A stretch of 64,000 nt of DNA from IMG/VR virus record IMGVR_UViG_3300042567_001420, one strand, 5' to 3'. The stretch's first letter is position 1; the number at the start of each line of letters is the position of its first letter. The position numbers and the translations under genes were made by a program. Under the pieces are notes generated by a model, which saw nothing but the letters and a program-made list of their open reading frames with translations, was not told the DNA's origin and made no database searches. This DNA is from a virus (taxonomy: Duplodnaviria > Caudoviricetes). Below are positions 18,043 to 25,224 of the stretch, in pieces.

Positions 18043-18116
18043 TGGCATCCCCCAAGAGACTCGAACTCTTACTAACGGTTTTGGAGACCGTGGTGCTGCC
18101 ATTACACTAGGGAGAA
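18043..18116 (-). tRNA. tRNA-Trp(CCA)
   Basis: Cloverleaf. Confidence 0.85.
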
Positions 18117-18122
18117 ATAATT

Positions 18123-18198
18123 TGGTACGCGGTGACGGGTTCGAACCGCCGACATTCTGCGTGTAAGGCAGACGCTCTACCAACTGAGCTAACCGCGC
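18123..18198 (-). tRNA. tRNA-Val(TAC)
   Basis: Cloverleaf. Confidence 0.9.
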
Positions 18199-18200
18199 AT

Positions 18201-18275
18201 TGGTGGTGATAGTAAGAATCGAACTTACACTGAACAGCGTATGAAGCTGGTGCACTACCGTTATGCTATATCACC
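18201..18275 (-). tRNA. tRNA-Met(CAT)
   Basis: Cloverleaf, loop TTCATAC. Confidence 0.8.
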
Positions 18276-18280
18276 GGAAG

Positions 18281-18353
18281 ATTGGGAGTGAGAGTCGAAC
18301 TCACATTACGCGGCTTATACATCCCCGTTTCTAACCAATTGAAATATCCCAAT
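18281..18353 (-). pseudogene. Degenerate tRNA-like gene (nominal anticodon TAT)
   Basis: Intact acceptor, D and T arms; two mismatches in the anticodon stem, G at position 33, no encoded CCA. Confidence 0.6.
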
Positions 18354-18359
18354 CTAATC

Positions 18360-18435
18360 TGGGCAGAAGTATGGGAATCGAACCCATATTAACGGAATCA
18401 CAATCCGTGGTGTTAACCGTTACACTAACAACTGC
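18360..18435 (-). tRNA. tRNA-His(GTG)
   Basis: Cloverleaf with G-1:C73. Confidence 0.85.
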
Positions 18436-18440
18436 ATATT

Positions 18441-18534
18441 ACCATATAGAAACACTCTTGTTTGGATTCGAACCTTGTTCTAGTATTGTCTATCTGCGCT
18501 TCCCACAGTGCTGACAAGAGTGCTTTTATATGGT
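18441..18534 (-). ncRNA. Candidate structured RNA: 21-bp closing stem with internal T-loop-like motif
   Basis: Arms 18441-18461 and 18514-18534 pair (with G-U); GGTTCGAATCC inside. Confidence 0.55.
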
Positions 18535-18606
18535 ACGAGTAGGGGGATTCGAACCCACGACCAATAGATTAAAAGTCTACTGCTCTACCAACTGAGCTAT
18601 ACTCGC
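18531..18606 (-). tRNA. tRNA-Lys(TTT)
   Basis: Cloverleaf. Confidence 0.9.
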
Positions 18607-18717
18607 ATTATGTTGCCTTCGCAAAGCTTTGTTGCTTTTACGATGGACTCCCGCTTTGCGTTGTAAAGCCAAAACAACGAAACGGTTACGTTGCTTGACG
18701 ATTATCTTGTGTTTCAT
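18577..18717 (-). CDS. Small basic protein (46 aa) overlapping tRNA-Lys
   Basis: MKHKIIVKQRNRFVVLALQRKAGVHRKSNKALRR..., AAGGAG Shine-Dalgarno. Confidence 0.55.
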   Translation of the reverse strand: MKHKIIVKQRNRFVVLALQRKAGVHRKSNKALRRQHNASIAQLVEQ

Positions 18718-18743
18718 AACTGCTCCTTGTTAAAAATTAAAAA

Positions 18744-18828
18744 TGGTGGAGATGATTGGGATCGAACCAATTGTGACGTGAGTCGGAAGATTTACAGTCT
18801 CCTGCCATACCATTACGGCGGCATCTCC
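18744..18828 (-). tRNA. tRNA-Tyr(GTA)
   Basis: Cloverleaf, long variable arm. Confidence 0.9.
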
Positions 18829-18833
18829 AAATT

Positions 18834-18909
18834 TGGCTGGCCAACCTGGGCTCGAACCAGGGACATTTTGATTAACAGTCAAACGCTCTACCAACTGAGC
18901 TATAGGCCA
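18834..18909 (-). tRNA. tRNA-Asn(GTT)
   Basis: Cloverleaf. Confidence 0.9.
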
Positions 18910-18919
18910 ATAAAAACTA

Positions 18920-18993
18920 TGGTCTCGGTAGGAAGAATCGAACTTCCGTCTCATGGTCCCAAACCACGAATTCTACCATTAAACTACACCGAG
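18920..18993 (-). tRNA. tRNA-Pro(TGG)
   Basis: Cloverleaf. Confidence 0.9.
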
Positions 18994-19001
18994 TTAAAAA
19001 T

Positions 19002-19077
19002 TGGTGGAGGAGACAGGGATCGAACCTGCGACCTATTGCTTGCAAAGCAACCGCTCTCCCAACTGAGCTACACCCCC
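19002..19077 (-). tRNA. tRNA-Ala(TGC)
   Basis: Cloverleaf with G3:U70. Confidence 0.9.
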
Positions 19078-19171
19078 ATATTGAAACACTCTCGTTCTCC
19101 ATACCTTCTTGGGGATCAATCAAGGTCTTACTTCTTAGAACCTGCGTCCAGTTTAGAATGTTTCAATATGG
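19076..19171 (-). ncRNA. Candidate structured RNA: 17-bp closing stem, related to 18441-18534
   Basis: ccatattgaaacactct pairs with agaatgtttcaatatgg. Confidence 0.5.
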
Positions 19172-19245
19172 TGCCTAAGGAGAGACTCGAACTCTCAAAA
19201 TTTGGCTTCTAAGACCAACACGTATACCAATTCCGTCACCTAGGC
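19169..19245 (-). tRNA. tRNA-Leu(TAG), short variable region
   Basis: Cloverleaf, loop CTTAGAA, 77 nt. Confidence 0.85.
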
Positions 19246-19249
19246 AAAT

Positions 19250-19455
19250 GCTCTGCGTCCTCCGGCGGTAATTATAGTACAAAAAAATATGACGCTATCA
19301 TATTCCCCATGCGTACCTTCCACCCGCTCCCCGACAAGGACCGCTCTCGTGCTGCCAACGGCCTTTAGGTAAAAAGACTACCACCCTTGAGTGACGAACT
19401 CACTTCGCTTCGTATGGGTCATACTAGCCAGACGTTACTCCGGCGGGTTCTAAAA
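19250..19455 (-). ncRNA. Candidate structured ncRNA with RNase P S-domain-like landmarks
   Basis: GC-richer, no convincing ORF, several hairpins, 9-bp long-range helix 19377-19385/19264-19272. Confidence 0.45.
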
Positions 19456-19526
19456 TGGTTGGTCCCACTTTGAGGTGCCATTTAACTTAGACTCTCTTTA
19501 TGCATTTATAGACTAAGACCATAACT

Positions 19527-19602
19527 TGGCGGTCTGTAGGGAATTCGAATCCCTGCTACAAGCGTGACAGGCTCGCGTGCTTACCGCTAACACTAACAGA
19601 CC
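19527..19602 (-). tRNA. tRNA-Asp(GTC)
   Basis: Cloverleaf. Confidence 0.9.
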
Positions 19603-19611
19603 AAAAACTTT

Positions 19612-19807
19612 TTAATTGGGGGACTACGCATATCTCACAAGACCGTCTCTTGTGCCTTCTGCCTCAACATTACAGGCCCACATACTCCAGCGTGACCACC
19701 GTATCAACCTTGCGGCTTCGTTTCCATCTTTCGTGTAATATAAAAGCTCTAGTCCGTCGACTTGAACACTTGTTATATTACCTACTGGTGAGGGTAACCC
19801 CAATTAA
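19612..19807 (-). ncRNA. Candidate ~195-nt multibranch ncRNA
   Basis: 10-bp terminal stem TTAATTGGGG/CCCCAATTAA, nested helices, starts just downstream of a consensus promoter. Confidence 0.55.
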
Positions 19808-19815
19808 TTAACTTA

Positions 19816-19844
19816 ATTATAACATCTTAACACACTTGTGTCAA
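19816..19844 (-). promoter_or_regulatory. sigma70-type early promoter
   Basis: TTGACA-N17-TATAAT with TG extended -10. Confidence 0.85.
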
Positions 19845-19854
19845 GCATTATTTT

Positions 19855-19932
19855 TGGAACCTAGAGTCAGATTCGAACTGACGATCTTACGGATTTGCAA
19901 TCCGTTGCATTTGACCACTCTGCCATCTAGGC
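19855..19932 (-). tRNA. tRNA-Cys(GCA)
   Basis: Cloverleaf. Confidence 0.9.
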
Positions 19933-19970
19933 GTACCATTATTTTATACACTTGGTAATGCACAAAATAA

Positions 19971-20046
19971 TGGCGTCCCGTACCAGATTCGAACTGGTGT
20001 AGTCACCGTGAAAGGGTGGTGTCCTAGGCCTCTAGACGAACGGGAC
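19971..20046 (-). tRNA. tRNA-Glu(TTC)
   Basis: Cloverleaf. Confidence 0.9.
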
Positions 20047-20051
20047 AAAAT

Positions 20052-20125
20052 TGGTATCCAGTAGAGGTAACGCTCCTCTGTCTCTGGCTTATCAAGCCAT
20101 TGCTCTACTATTGAGCTAACCGGAT
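20052..20125 (-). tRNA. tRNA-Ile(GAT) with non-canonical T-loop
   Basis: Cloverleaf; T arm AGAGG-AGCGTTA-CCTCT. Confidence 0.75.
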
Positions 20126-20186
20126 ACAATAATATCATGCGCAAATTTTAAAAGAACTTAGCTTAAATAACGATCTATTTAAACTT

Positions 20187-20215
20187 ATTATAACATCTTT
20201 TAGTATCCTTGTCAA
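20187..20215 (-). promoter_or_regulatory. sigma70-type early promoter for the tRNA array
   Basis: TTGACA-N17-TATAAT with TG extended -10. Confidence 0.85.
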
Positions 20216-20240
20216 ATGTAAGGGTACTAAAGCATACTAC

Positions 20241-20278
20241 AAAAGAAAAACCCTCGGACTGTAGAAGTGCCGAGGGTT
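20241..20278 (-). terminator. Rho-independent terminator
   Basis: AACCCTCGG/CCGAGGGTT stem followed by a U-rich tract. Confidence 0.75.
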
Positions 20279-20307
20279 CTAAGATAAACTTGTATGAAAT
20301 TTAAATT

Positions 20308-20415
20308 CTAACCCTGAAGCACACTCCATGAATTTTTGTCTGCAACGCGCTCTGACGTTCCAATATAAGAAGTCGGTTCTTGATGCTGACAGAAAAGGTT
20401 AAATTTATTGTTCAT
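20308..20415 (-). CDS. Possible small protein (35 aa)
   Basis: MNNKFNLFCQHQ... between TATAAATA (20421-20428) and the terminator. Confidence 0.35.
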   Translation of the reverse strand: MNNKFNLFCQHQEPTSYIGTSERVADKNSWSVLQG

Positions 20416-20462
20416 AAAAATATTTATACATCTCGGCACCGTCTTACTGGTGCTTTTAAAAA

Positions 20463-20876
20463 TTAAATTGGCGCGTCTTCCAACTCAGCCAACTGTTTCA
20501 ATTCTTCAAGTTCCAAGTCATCCTCGACAACTTTTGCCTTGACTACTTTAGGTGCTGCTACTTTCGCAGGAGCAACTGTCTTTGCCTTTACAGGTGCTGC
20601 TTTAGCTTTTGCCTTAACTGGCTTGCTAATAACTGTACCTTGTTTCTTGCCCATTGTCTCGATGATGAGACCAGACCATTGTTCAAAGACACCGCCTGTA
20701 TCAAGAAGATACTGACATGCTTCGGACTTTGTCATGCCTCTTGGCAACTCAATCAACTCCAAAGGAGAGTGACCACCTTTAGACAAGAGTTTGTATCGAG
20801 ATACCATGTCATTGGCAAAACGAACTTTAGTGATACCGTACTGTGTAGAAACGCCGGCTACTGTGAATGTACTCAT
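20463..20876 (-). CDS. Hypothetical protein
   Basis: 137-aa ORF with Lys/Ala-rich tail, directly behind an early promoter. Confidence 0.65.
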   Translation of the reverse strand: MSTFTVAGVSTQYGITKVRFANDMVSRYKLLSKGGHSPLELIELPRGMTKSEACQYLLDTGGVFEQWSGLIIETMGKKQGTVISKPVKAKAKAAPVKAKTVAPAKVAAPKVVKAKVVEDDLELEELKQLAELEDAPI

Positions 20877-20925
20877 AATATAGATCCTTCAAAAAAATGT
20901 AAAAATTAACAACTTCACAATTCAT

Positions 20926-20954
20926 ATTATATAGCCTTTCGGCTGGCCTGTCAA
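20926..20954 (-). promoter_or_regulatory. sigma70-type early promoter
   Basis: TTGACA-N17-TATAAT. Confidence 0.85.
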
Positions 20955-21334
20955 GCATTTTGGATAAATTCTTTAACTTTATTTGCATGCTTGCAAGTTC
21001 TACGGAATTGAAATCCTACACAACTACAGGAAACAATACCGTTATCTGAAACGACATTATATACATGCCCTTTCGATTTTGATTTAATCCTGAATATACG
21101 AGTTTCTACTCGATTATCTGGAAAATCAAATCCAACAATAAATCGCTTATTAATATGGGATGTAGGATATTCTGGATTACCTGTATATACAGAGACATAA
21201 TCATTATCTAACCATTTAGGATTATTAACGACTTTACCTTTGAATATATTATCCTGATATTCTTCACCCAATATATTCGATTTCCACCGAGTTTGAATCT
21301 CGACTTCTGCACCGATTGAAAAGTTCTTTATCAT
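20951..21334 (-). CDS. SWIM zinc-finger protein
   Basis: CSCVGFQFRRTCKH. Confidence 0.8.
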   Translation of the reverse strand: MIKNFSIGAEVEIQTRWKSNILGEEYQDNIFKGKVVNNPKWLDNDYVSVYTGNPEYPTSHINKRFIVGFDFPDNRVETRIFRIKSKSKGHVYNVVSDNGIVSCSCVGFQFRRTCKHANKVKEFIQNA

Positions 21335-21340
21335 ATGCTT

Positions 21341-21382
21341 ATTATAACAGAAAAAAGAACCCGAGTCAAATGCTCGGGTTCT
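21341..21382 (-). terminator. Terminator hairpin overlapping a TTGACT-N17-TATAAT promoter
   Basis: AGAACCCGAG/CTCGGGTTCT stem plus U tract; -10 at 21341-21346, -35 at 21364-21369. Confidence 0.7.
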
Positions 21383-21422
21383 ACGGTGTTGTTCTAGGAC
21401 AACGGTTAATTTTGCTTAAAAA

Positions 21423-21581
21423 TTAAGCATTTTCCTCTTTTTCTATAACGCCTTCTGATTCGAAAAAGTCCAACGTGTCATCTACGCCTTTGTTGTGTCC
21501 CCATTTGTAACAGGCAAAACAAGCTGCTAACATTAGAGAAATTTGAATTAGGTCATATAACGAAAATGTAATACTTTCCAT
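21423..21581 (-). CDS. Small membrane protein (52 aa)
   Basis: MESITFSLYDLIQISLMLAACFACY..., AAGGAG Shine-Dalgarno. Confidence 0.55.
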   Translation of the reverse strand: MESITFSLYDLIQISLMLAACFACYKWGHNKGVDDTLDFFESEGVIEKEENA

Positions 21582-21597
21582 ACCGTGCTCCTTTTAA

Positions 21598-22116
21598 TTA
21601 TTCTTTTAACGACTCCTCTGTGAACCAATCTGCGTGCTTCTGCCTTAGATTTTTAAATTGGTCATGTTCCACTAAAAATTTTGCAACAAGACTATTTTCC
21701 AAACCATAGGCTTCTATTTCCCAAGGTTGGTCCCAGTAGGATGTATCATCATCATATTTTTCACCAAACCATAATGTTATATACTTATCTTTTTTAAACT
21801 TATCTTTAGCTTCGCCCTTGGCATGTTGCTTCACATGAACCATCTCATGTGCCAGGACCTTGAACATATTAATCTTTTTTCGTGTCCTTAAAAGTTCAAT
21901 GTTAAATTCTCTTGGATTGCCGGCTGGATCAATTTCGTAATCACAAAAGCCGCCGGCGTCTAGCTTGTCACGTACAATAATTTTAATAGATAAGTGTTTG
22001 GTCAATTGTGGGGACATTAAATTTTTGGCAAATGAATCGGCAGCTAACTTTAGTAAATACACTAACATTCTATCTCTTGCATTTCTAACGGAAACCTTCA
22101 TTTTATTGTCCTCCAC
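21598..22116 (-). CDS. Zincin-like (HExxH) metallopeptidase
   Basis: LAHEMVHVKQ...PWEIEAY. Confidence 0.75.
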   Translation of the reverse strand: MEDNKMKVSVRNARDRMLVYLLKLAADSFAKNLMSPQLTKHLSIKIIVRDKLDAGGFCDYEIDPAGNPREFNIELLRTRKKINMFKVLAHEMVHVKQHAKGEAKDKFKKDKYITLWFGEKYDDDTSYWDQPWEIEAYGLENSLVAKFLVEHDQFKNLRQKHADWFTEESLKE

Positions 22117-22132
22117 TTTTATTTATAACGCT

Positions 22133-22312
22133 TTAGTCGGTGAAGTGATTCGGTTCCTCACCATATAGTTTAGATAAATTCTCGCCGTAAACTTCACTCT
22201 CAGATTTCAATATACTATCTGTAGATGATCTAGGTCCGTTTTCAATGACTTCTTGCAGAAACCCTGGCTTATTTGTTTCAATAAGTGTTTCGGGATTTGT
22301 TTTAGTTTGCAT
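22133..22312 (-). CDS. Hypothetical protein (59 aa)
   Basis: MQTKTNPETL... with Shine-Dalgarno. Confidence 0.45.
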   Translation of the reverse strand: MQTKTNPETLIETNKPGFLQEVIENGPRSSTDSILKSESEVYGENLSKLYGEEPNHFTD

Positions 22313-22342
22313 TAGTTTCTCCTGTTGAGTTACAAATAATAT

Positions 22343-22516
22343 TTAGCCTATTATCGTTTTGGATAAAATGATTTGTTCACCAGACATTTTCCATTCCAAA
22401 GTATCGCCTTCTACCCATTGAACTTGTTTAAGAAGATCCTCGGGCAATTCAATAATAAATTCGCCAGGTTGATCTGGATCATCTTGTACAATGGTGTGCC
22501 AAACCTTATCATTCAT
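22343..22516 (-). CDS. AbrB/MazE-like small protein (57 aa)
   Basis: IIELPEDLLKQVQWVEGDTLEW. Confidence 0.6.
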   Translation of the reverse strand: MNDKVWHTIVQDDPDQPGEFIIELPEDLLKQVQWVEGDTLEWKMSGEQIILSKTIIG

Positions 22517-22517
22517 T

Positions 22518-22724
22518 TTAGCACTTTTCTAATTCGTTTGCTTCTTTAAGCAATGTAGTTACTTCGTCTAGATTAGAACATAAGATTTTTACGTTTGTCC
22601 AATCATCGTCAAGCCCTCTTCCGCTGACTTCAACCATATATCCGTTGTCATATAAATTGATAGTTATTGAATCGTTAACTTTTGATAGTTTGTCGCTAAT
22701 TTTTTTAACTTGTTTCTTTGTCAT
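22518..22724 (-). CDS. Hypothetical protein
   Basis: 68-aa ORF in operon. Confidence 0.55.
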   Translation of the reverse strand: MTKKQVKKISDKLSKVNDSITINLYDNGYMVEVSGRGLDDDWTNVKILCSNLDEVTTLLKEANELEKC

Positions 22725-22734
22725 TTTATTTCCT

Positions 22735-23547
22735 TTAAGTCCAAAGTGCGTGTCTAATTTTAATGAGGCGAATCAACATTGCTTCATCCTCTGCCATATA
22801 TTCTGCTTCAATTTTATGTGACAAATCTAAAGCAGTCATACATTCTTTTCGTTCTTCTTCTGTTTCATTTTCGTGACCCCATAGATCACCTCCAGCTTTT
22901 TGCCTACGTTTTTCGCAATATGCAGACCATCCGCTTGCTTCATGGGCATCTGGTCTTTTAGGGTATACTGTAGTCCACCACAAGTAAAGTTCTTTAATTT
23001 CTTTTGCAGAAGATGCTTGACTTGTGTCTTCCACTTTACCATTTTCATCTTCATGGGTAAGTGTTGCCGCCCAATCAAGATGATCTAAACCAGCTTGAGG
23101 ACTACGCCATGTTCTCCAACGGAACCAACCTTTGGCATAGAATGGGGGATTATATTTTTTAGTTGCTTCGTCATCCCATGCAATATGCAACCAAGCTGTT
23201 TCTACCTCAACAAACTCCACAAGCTCATTGAATAAGCAAGGCAAAAAGCGATTACCCACGTCTTGCCACTGACCAGGTTTGATGTCTCTGGGATGTGCAG
23301 TAAGACTGTTAGTGCGAGTAACCCAACGATTGTTAATGTAATATTTTGCATTGTATAATGTATCCATCGGTAACCGAATAAAGGTTTGGATTTTATCAAG
23401 ACCTTCTTCTACAATCCAATAACGAATTGGATGTTTTTCTTTTGCGTCTTTTTCCCAGTTATGCCAACCAGAACTAGTTGCAGACGTAGGCTTAATGCTA
23501 CCTCGAATCCAATTCGCAATGTTTGTGTTTGACCAATATTGTTTCAT
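22735..23547 (-). CDS. Hypothetical Trp-rich protein
   Basis: 270-aa ORF coupled to the helicase gene. Confidence 0.65.
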   Translation of the reverse strand: MKQYWSNTNIANWIRGSIKPTSATSSGWHNWEKDAKEKHPIRYWIVEEGLDKIQTFIRLPMDTLYNAKYYINNRWVTRTNSLTAHPRDIKPGQWQDVGNRFLPCLFNELVEFVEVETAWLHIAWDDEATKKYNPPFYAKGWFRWRTWRSPQAGLDHLDWAATLTHEDENGKVEDTSQASSAKEIKELYLWWTTVYPKRPDAHEASGWSAYCEKRRQKAGGDLWGHENETEEERKECMTALDLSHKIEAEYMAEDEAMLIRLIKIRHALWT

Positions 23548-23549
23548 TT

Positions 23550-24962
23550 TTATAACTTTATAGATGAGAAATCTCTAGACCGTTTATTAAACGCATCTCC
23601 TATATTATAATTGCTTTTTTGTGGTTTGTCAACTCTATCGATATCCAAATTGGCATCTGTTAGTCCTTTTTGAGCAGACTGTTCCAAATCATATAATTTC
23701 ATCTTAGATCTATCAACACCAATCATAAATCGTTTATTAGCTGTCGGGTCATTATATCGATTCTTCAATTGCTTAACCATAATCTGATTTGTTTGTTCAA
23801 GTTCCTCAGTCGAAATCAAAGCAAACATAAAGTCAACTGTTGCAGGCAAACCAAAAGATTCAGATGTATCTGTTAGTTCAACATCTGTATTTCCATACCC
23901 ACTTCGAGTTGTCTGTGTAGCTGATAGAATCGGAAGATCTTCTTCAACCGCCAAACCACGAAGTTCTTCTGCAATAGACTTAATCAAAGTATAAGAATTA
24001 ATATTTGAACCAGATTTGAATCTTGAACTCGAACAAATATTCAAGTAGTCAATAATAATCATTGCAGGTTTAAATTGTTTCTTTAGTTGCAATTCATTTA
24101 ACAAAGCCTTAAAGTGTCCAGTATGTGCGCCAGCAGTAGGATATTCTTTAATGATTAATCTGCCTTCAGTCTTGTTTCTAATCTTTTCAATTCGATTGTC
24201 AAATATAGACTTCGGCAAATCTTTCAATTGATCCAAAGTAATATTCATTAAGTTCGCATCAATACGTTCCGCAATTCTTTCTTCAGCCATCTCAAGAGTA
24301 ATATACAAAACATTCTTACCTTGAGCCAAAGTCGATGCTGCTACGTGACACATGAACAAAGACTTACCAACACCTGTACCTGCAAGAACAACATTCAATG
24401 TCTTATTAGGCAACCCGCCATTTGTGATCTTGTTAAAATACTCAAGATCAAAGGGTGTTCTTGATTCTACCCTATGATAAAATTCATATCGACTATCTGC
24501 ATTCTCAATATAATCATGTCCAACATTGTTGTCAAAACAAACACCAAGTGCATCCTGCAATAATTGAGGAATACCATCTTGAGTCTTGGCCGCATCTCTA
24601 CCATCAATGATTGCAATTGAATTTAAAATTGCGTTATAAATTGCTTTGTCTTTACAGAACTTTTCAGTCTCTTTGTAGAGCCAATCTTTATTGTGTTCTG
24701 TAGGGTTTAGCTCTTGAATGATACCTGCAACTTCTTTGTACTGTTCTTCATTTAAAGTTTTATCATTTTGAAGTGCAACAATCAAAGCATCTTTGTTCGG
24801 AGGTGTATTATACTCATCTATAAACGCTTTGACTCTATCAAAAATTAATCGATCACTATTTTCTAAAAAATAATCCCGCTTTAAGAAAGGGATTACTTTT
24901 CTCATATACGCATCATCTGTTACCAGGTTTTGCAGAATCACCTGTTCGATTTTCGAATTCAT
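23550..24962 (-). CDS. 41: Replicative DNA helicase (T4 gp41)
   Basis: LAGTGVGKS, YITLEMAE, IIIDYLNI, SATQTTRSG, QLKNRY. Confidence 0.95.
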   Translation of the reverse strand: MNSKIEQVILQNLVTDDAYMRKVIPFLKRDYFLENSDRLIFDRVKAFIDEYNTPPNKDALIVALQNDKTLNEEQYKEVAGIIQELNPTEHNKDWLYKETEKFCKDKAIYNAILNSIAIIDGRDAAKTQDGIPQLLQDALGVCFDNNVGHDYIENADSRYEFYHRVESRTPFDLEYFNKITNGGLPNKTLNVVLAGTGVGKSLFMCHVAASTLAQGKNVLYITLEMAEERIAERIDANLMNITLDQLKDLPKSIFDNRIEKIRNKTEGRLIIKEYPTAGAHTGHFKALLNELQLKKQFKPAMIIIDYLNICSSSRFKSGSNINSYTLIKSIAEELRGLAVEEDLPILSATQTTRSGYGNTDVELTDTSESFGLPATVDFMFALISTEELEQTNQIMVKQLKNRYNDPTANKRFMIGVDRSKMKLYDLEQSAQKGLTDANLDIDRVDKPQKSNYNIGDAFNKRSRDFSSIKL

Positions 24963-25224
24963 TAATTGCCTTTGCTAATATATCGTTAATTATGTCTGCT
25001 ACCACGCCGTTGAACTCTGCAGAATTTAAATCTTCTTCTGTTTTTCCTTTTGGTCTTTGGACAAAGTTGAAGTCAAGTGCAACGGTTCCGTCGTCAGATT
25101 TATCATCCATCTCGACGGAATTAATACTGATGATTGTTCCGGTATAATTACCTTCCAGAAGTTTGAAACCCCATAGATCACCTTTTTCATTTTTAATTGC
25201 CCACGGTTCATACTTCACTGGCAT
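24913..25224 (-). CDS. Hypothetical protein, gp40-like by position
   Basis: Lies between uvsX and 41 as T4 gp40 does; start set to MPVKYEPW. Confidence 0.5.
   Translation of the reverse strand: MPVKYEPWAIKNEKGDLWGFKLLEGNYTGTIISINSVEMDDKSDDGTVALDFNFVQRPKGKTEEDLNSAEFNGVVADIINDILAKAINEFENRTGDSAKPGNR

Noticed and set aside
19250-19807. tmRNA or group I intron
   Set aside because: No tRNA-Ala-like ends or tag ORF, no recognisable group I core, and no interrupted host gene.
18031-20144. Track ORFs over the tRNA array (18031, 18691, 18730, 18917, 19944)
   Set aside because: They overlap clear tRNA cloverleaves and have no protein motifs.
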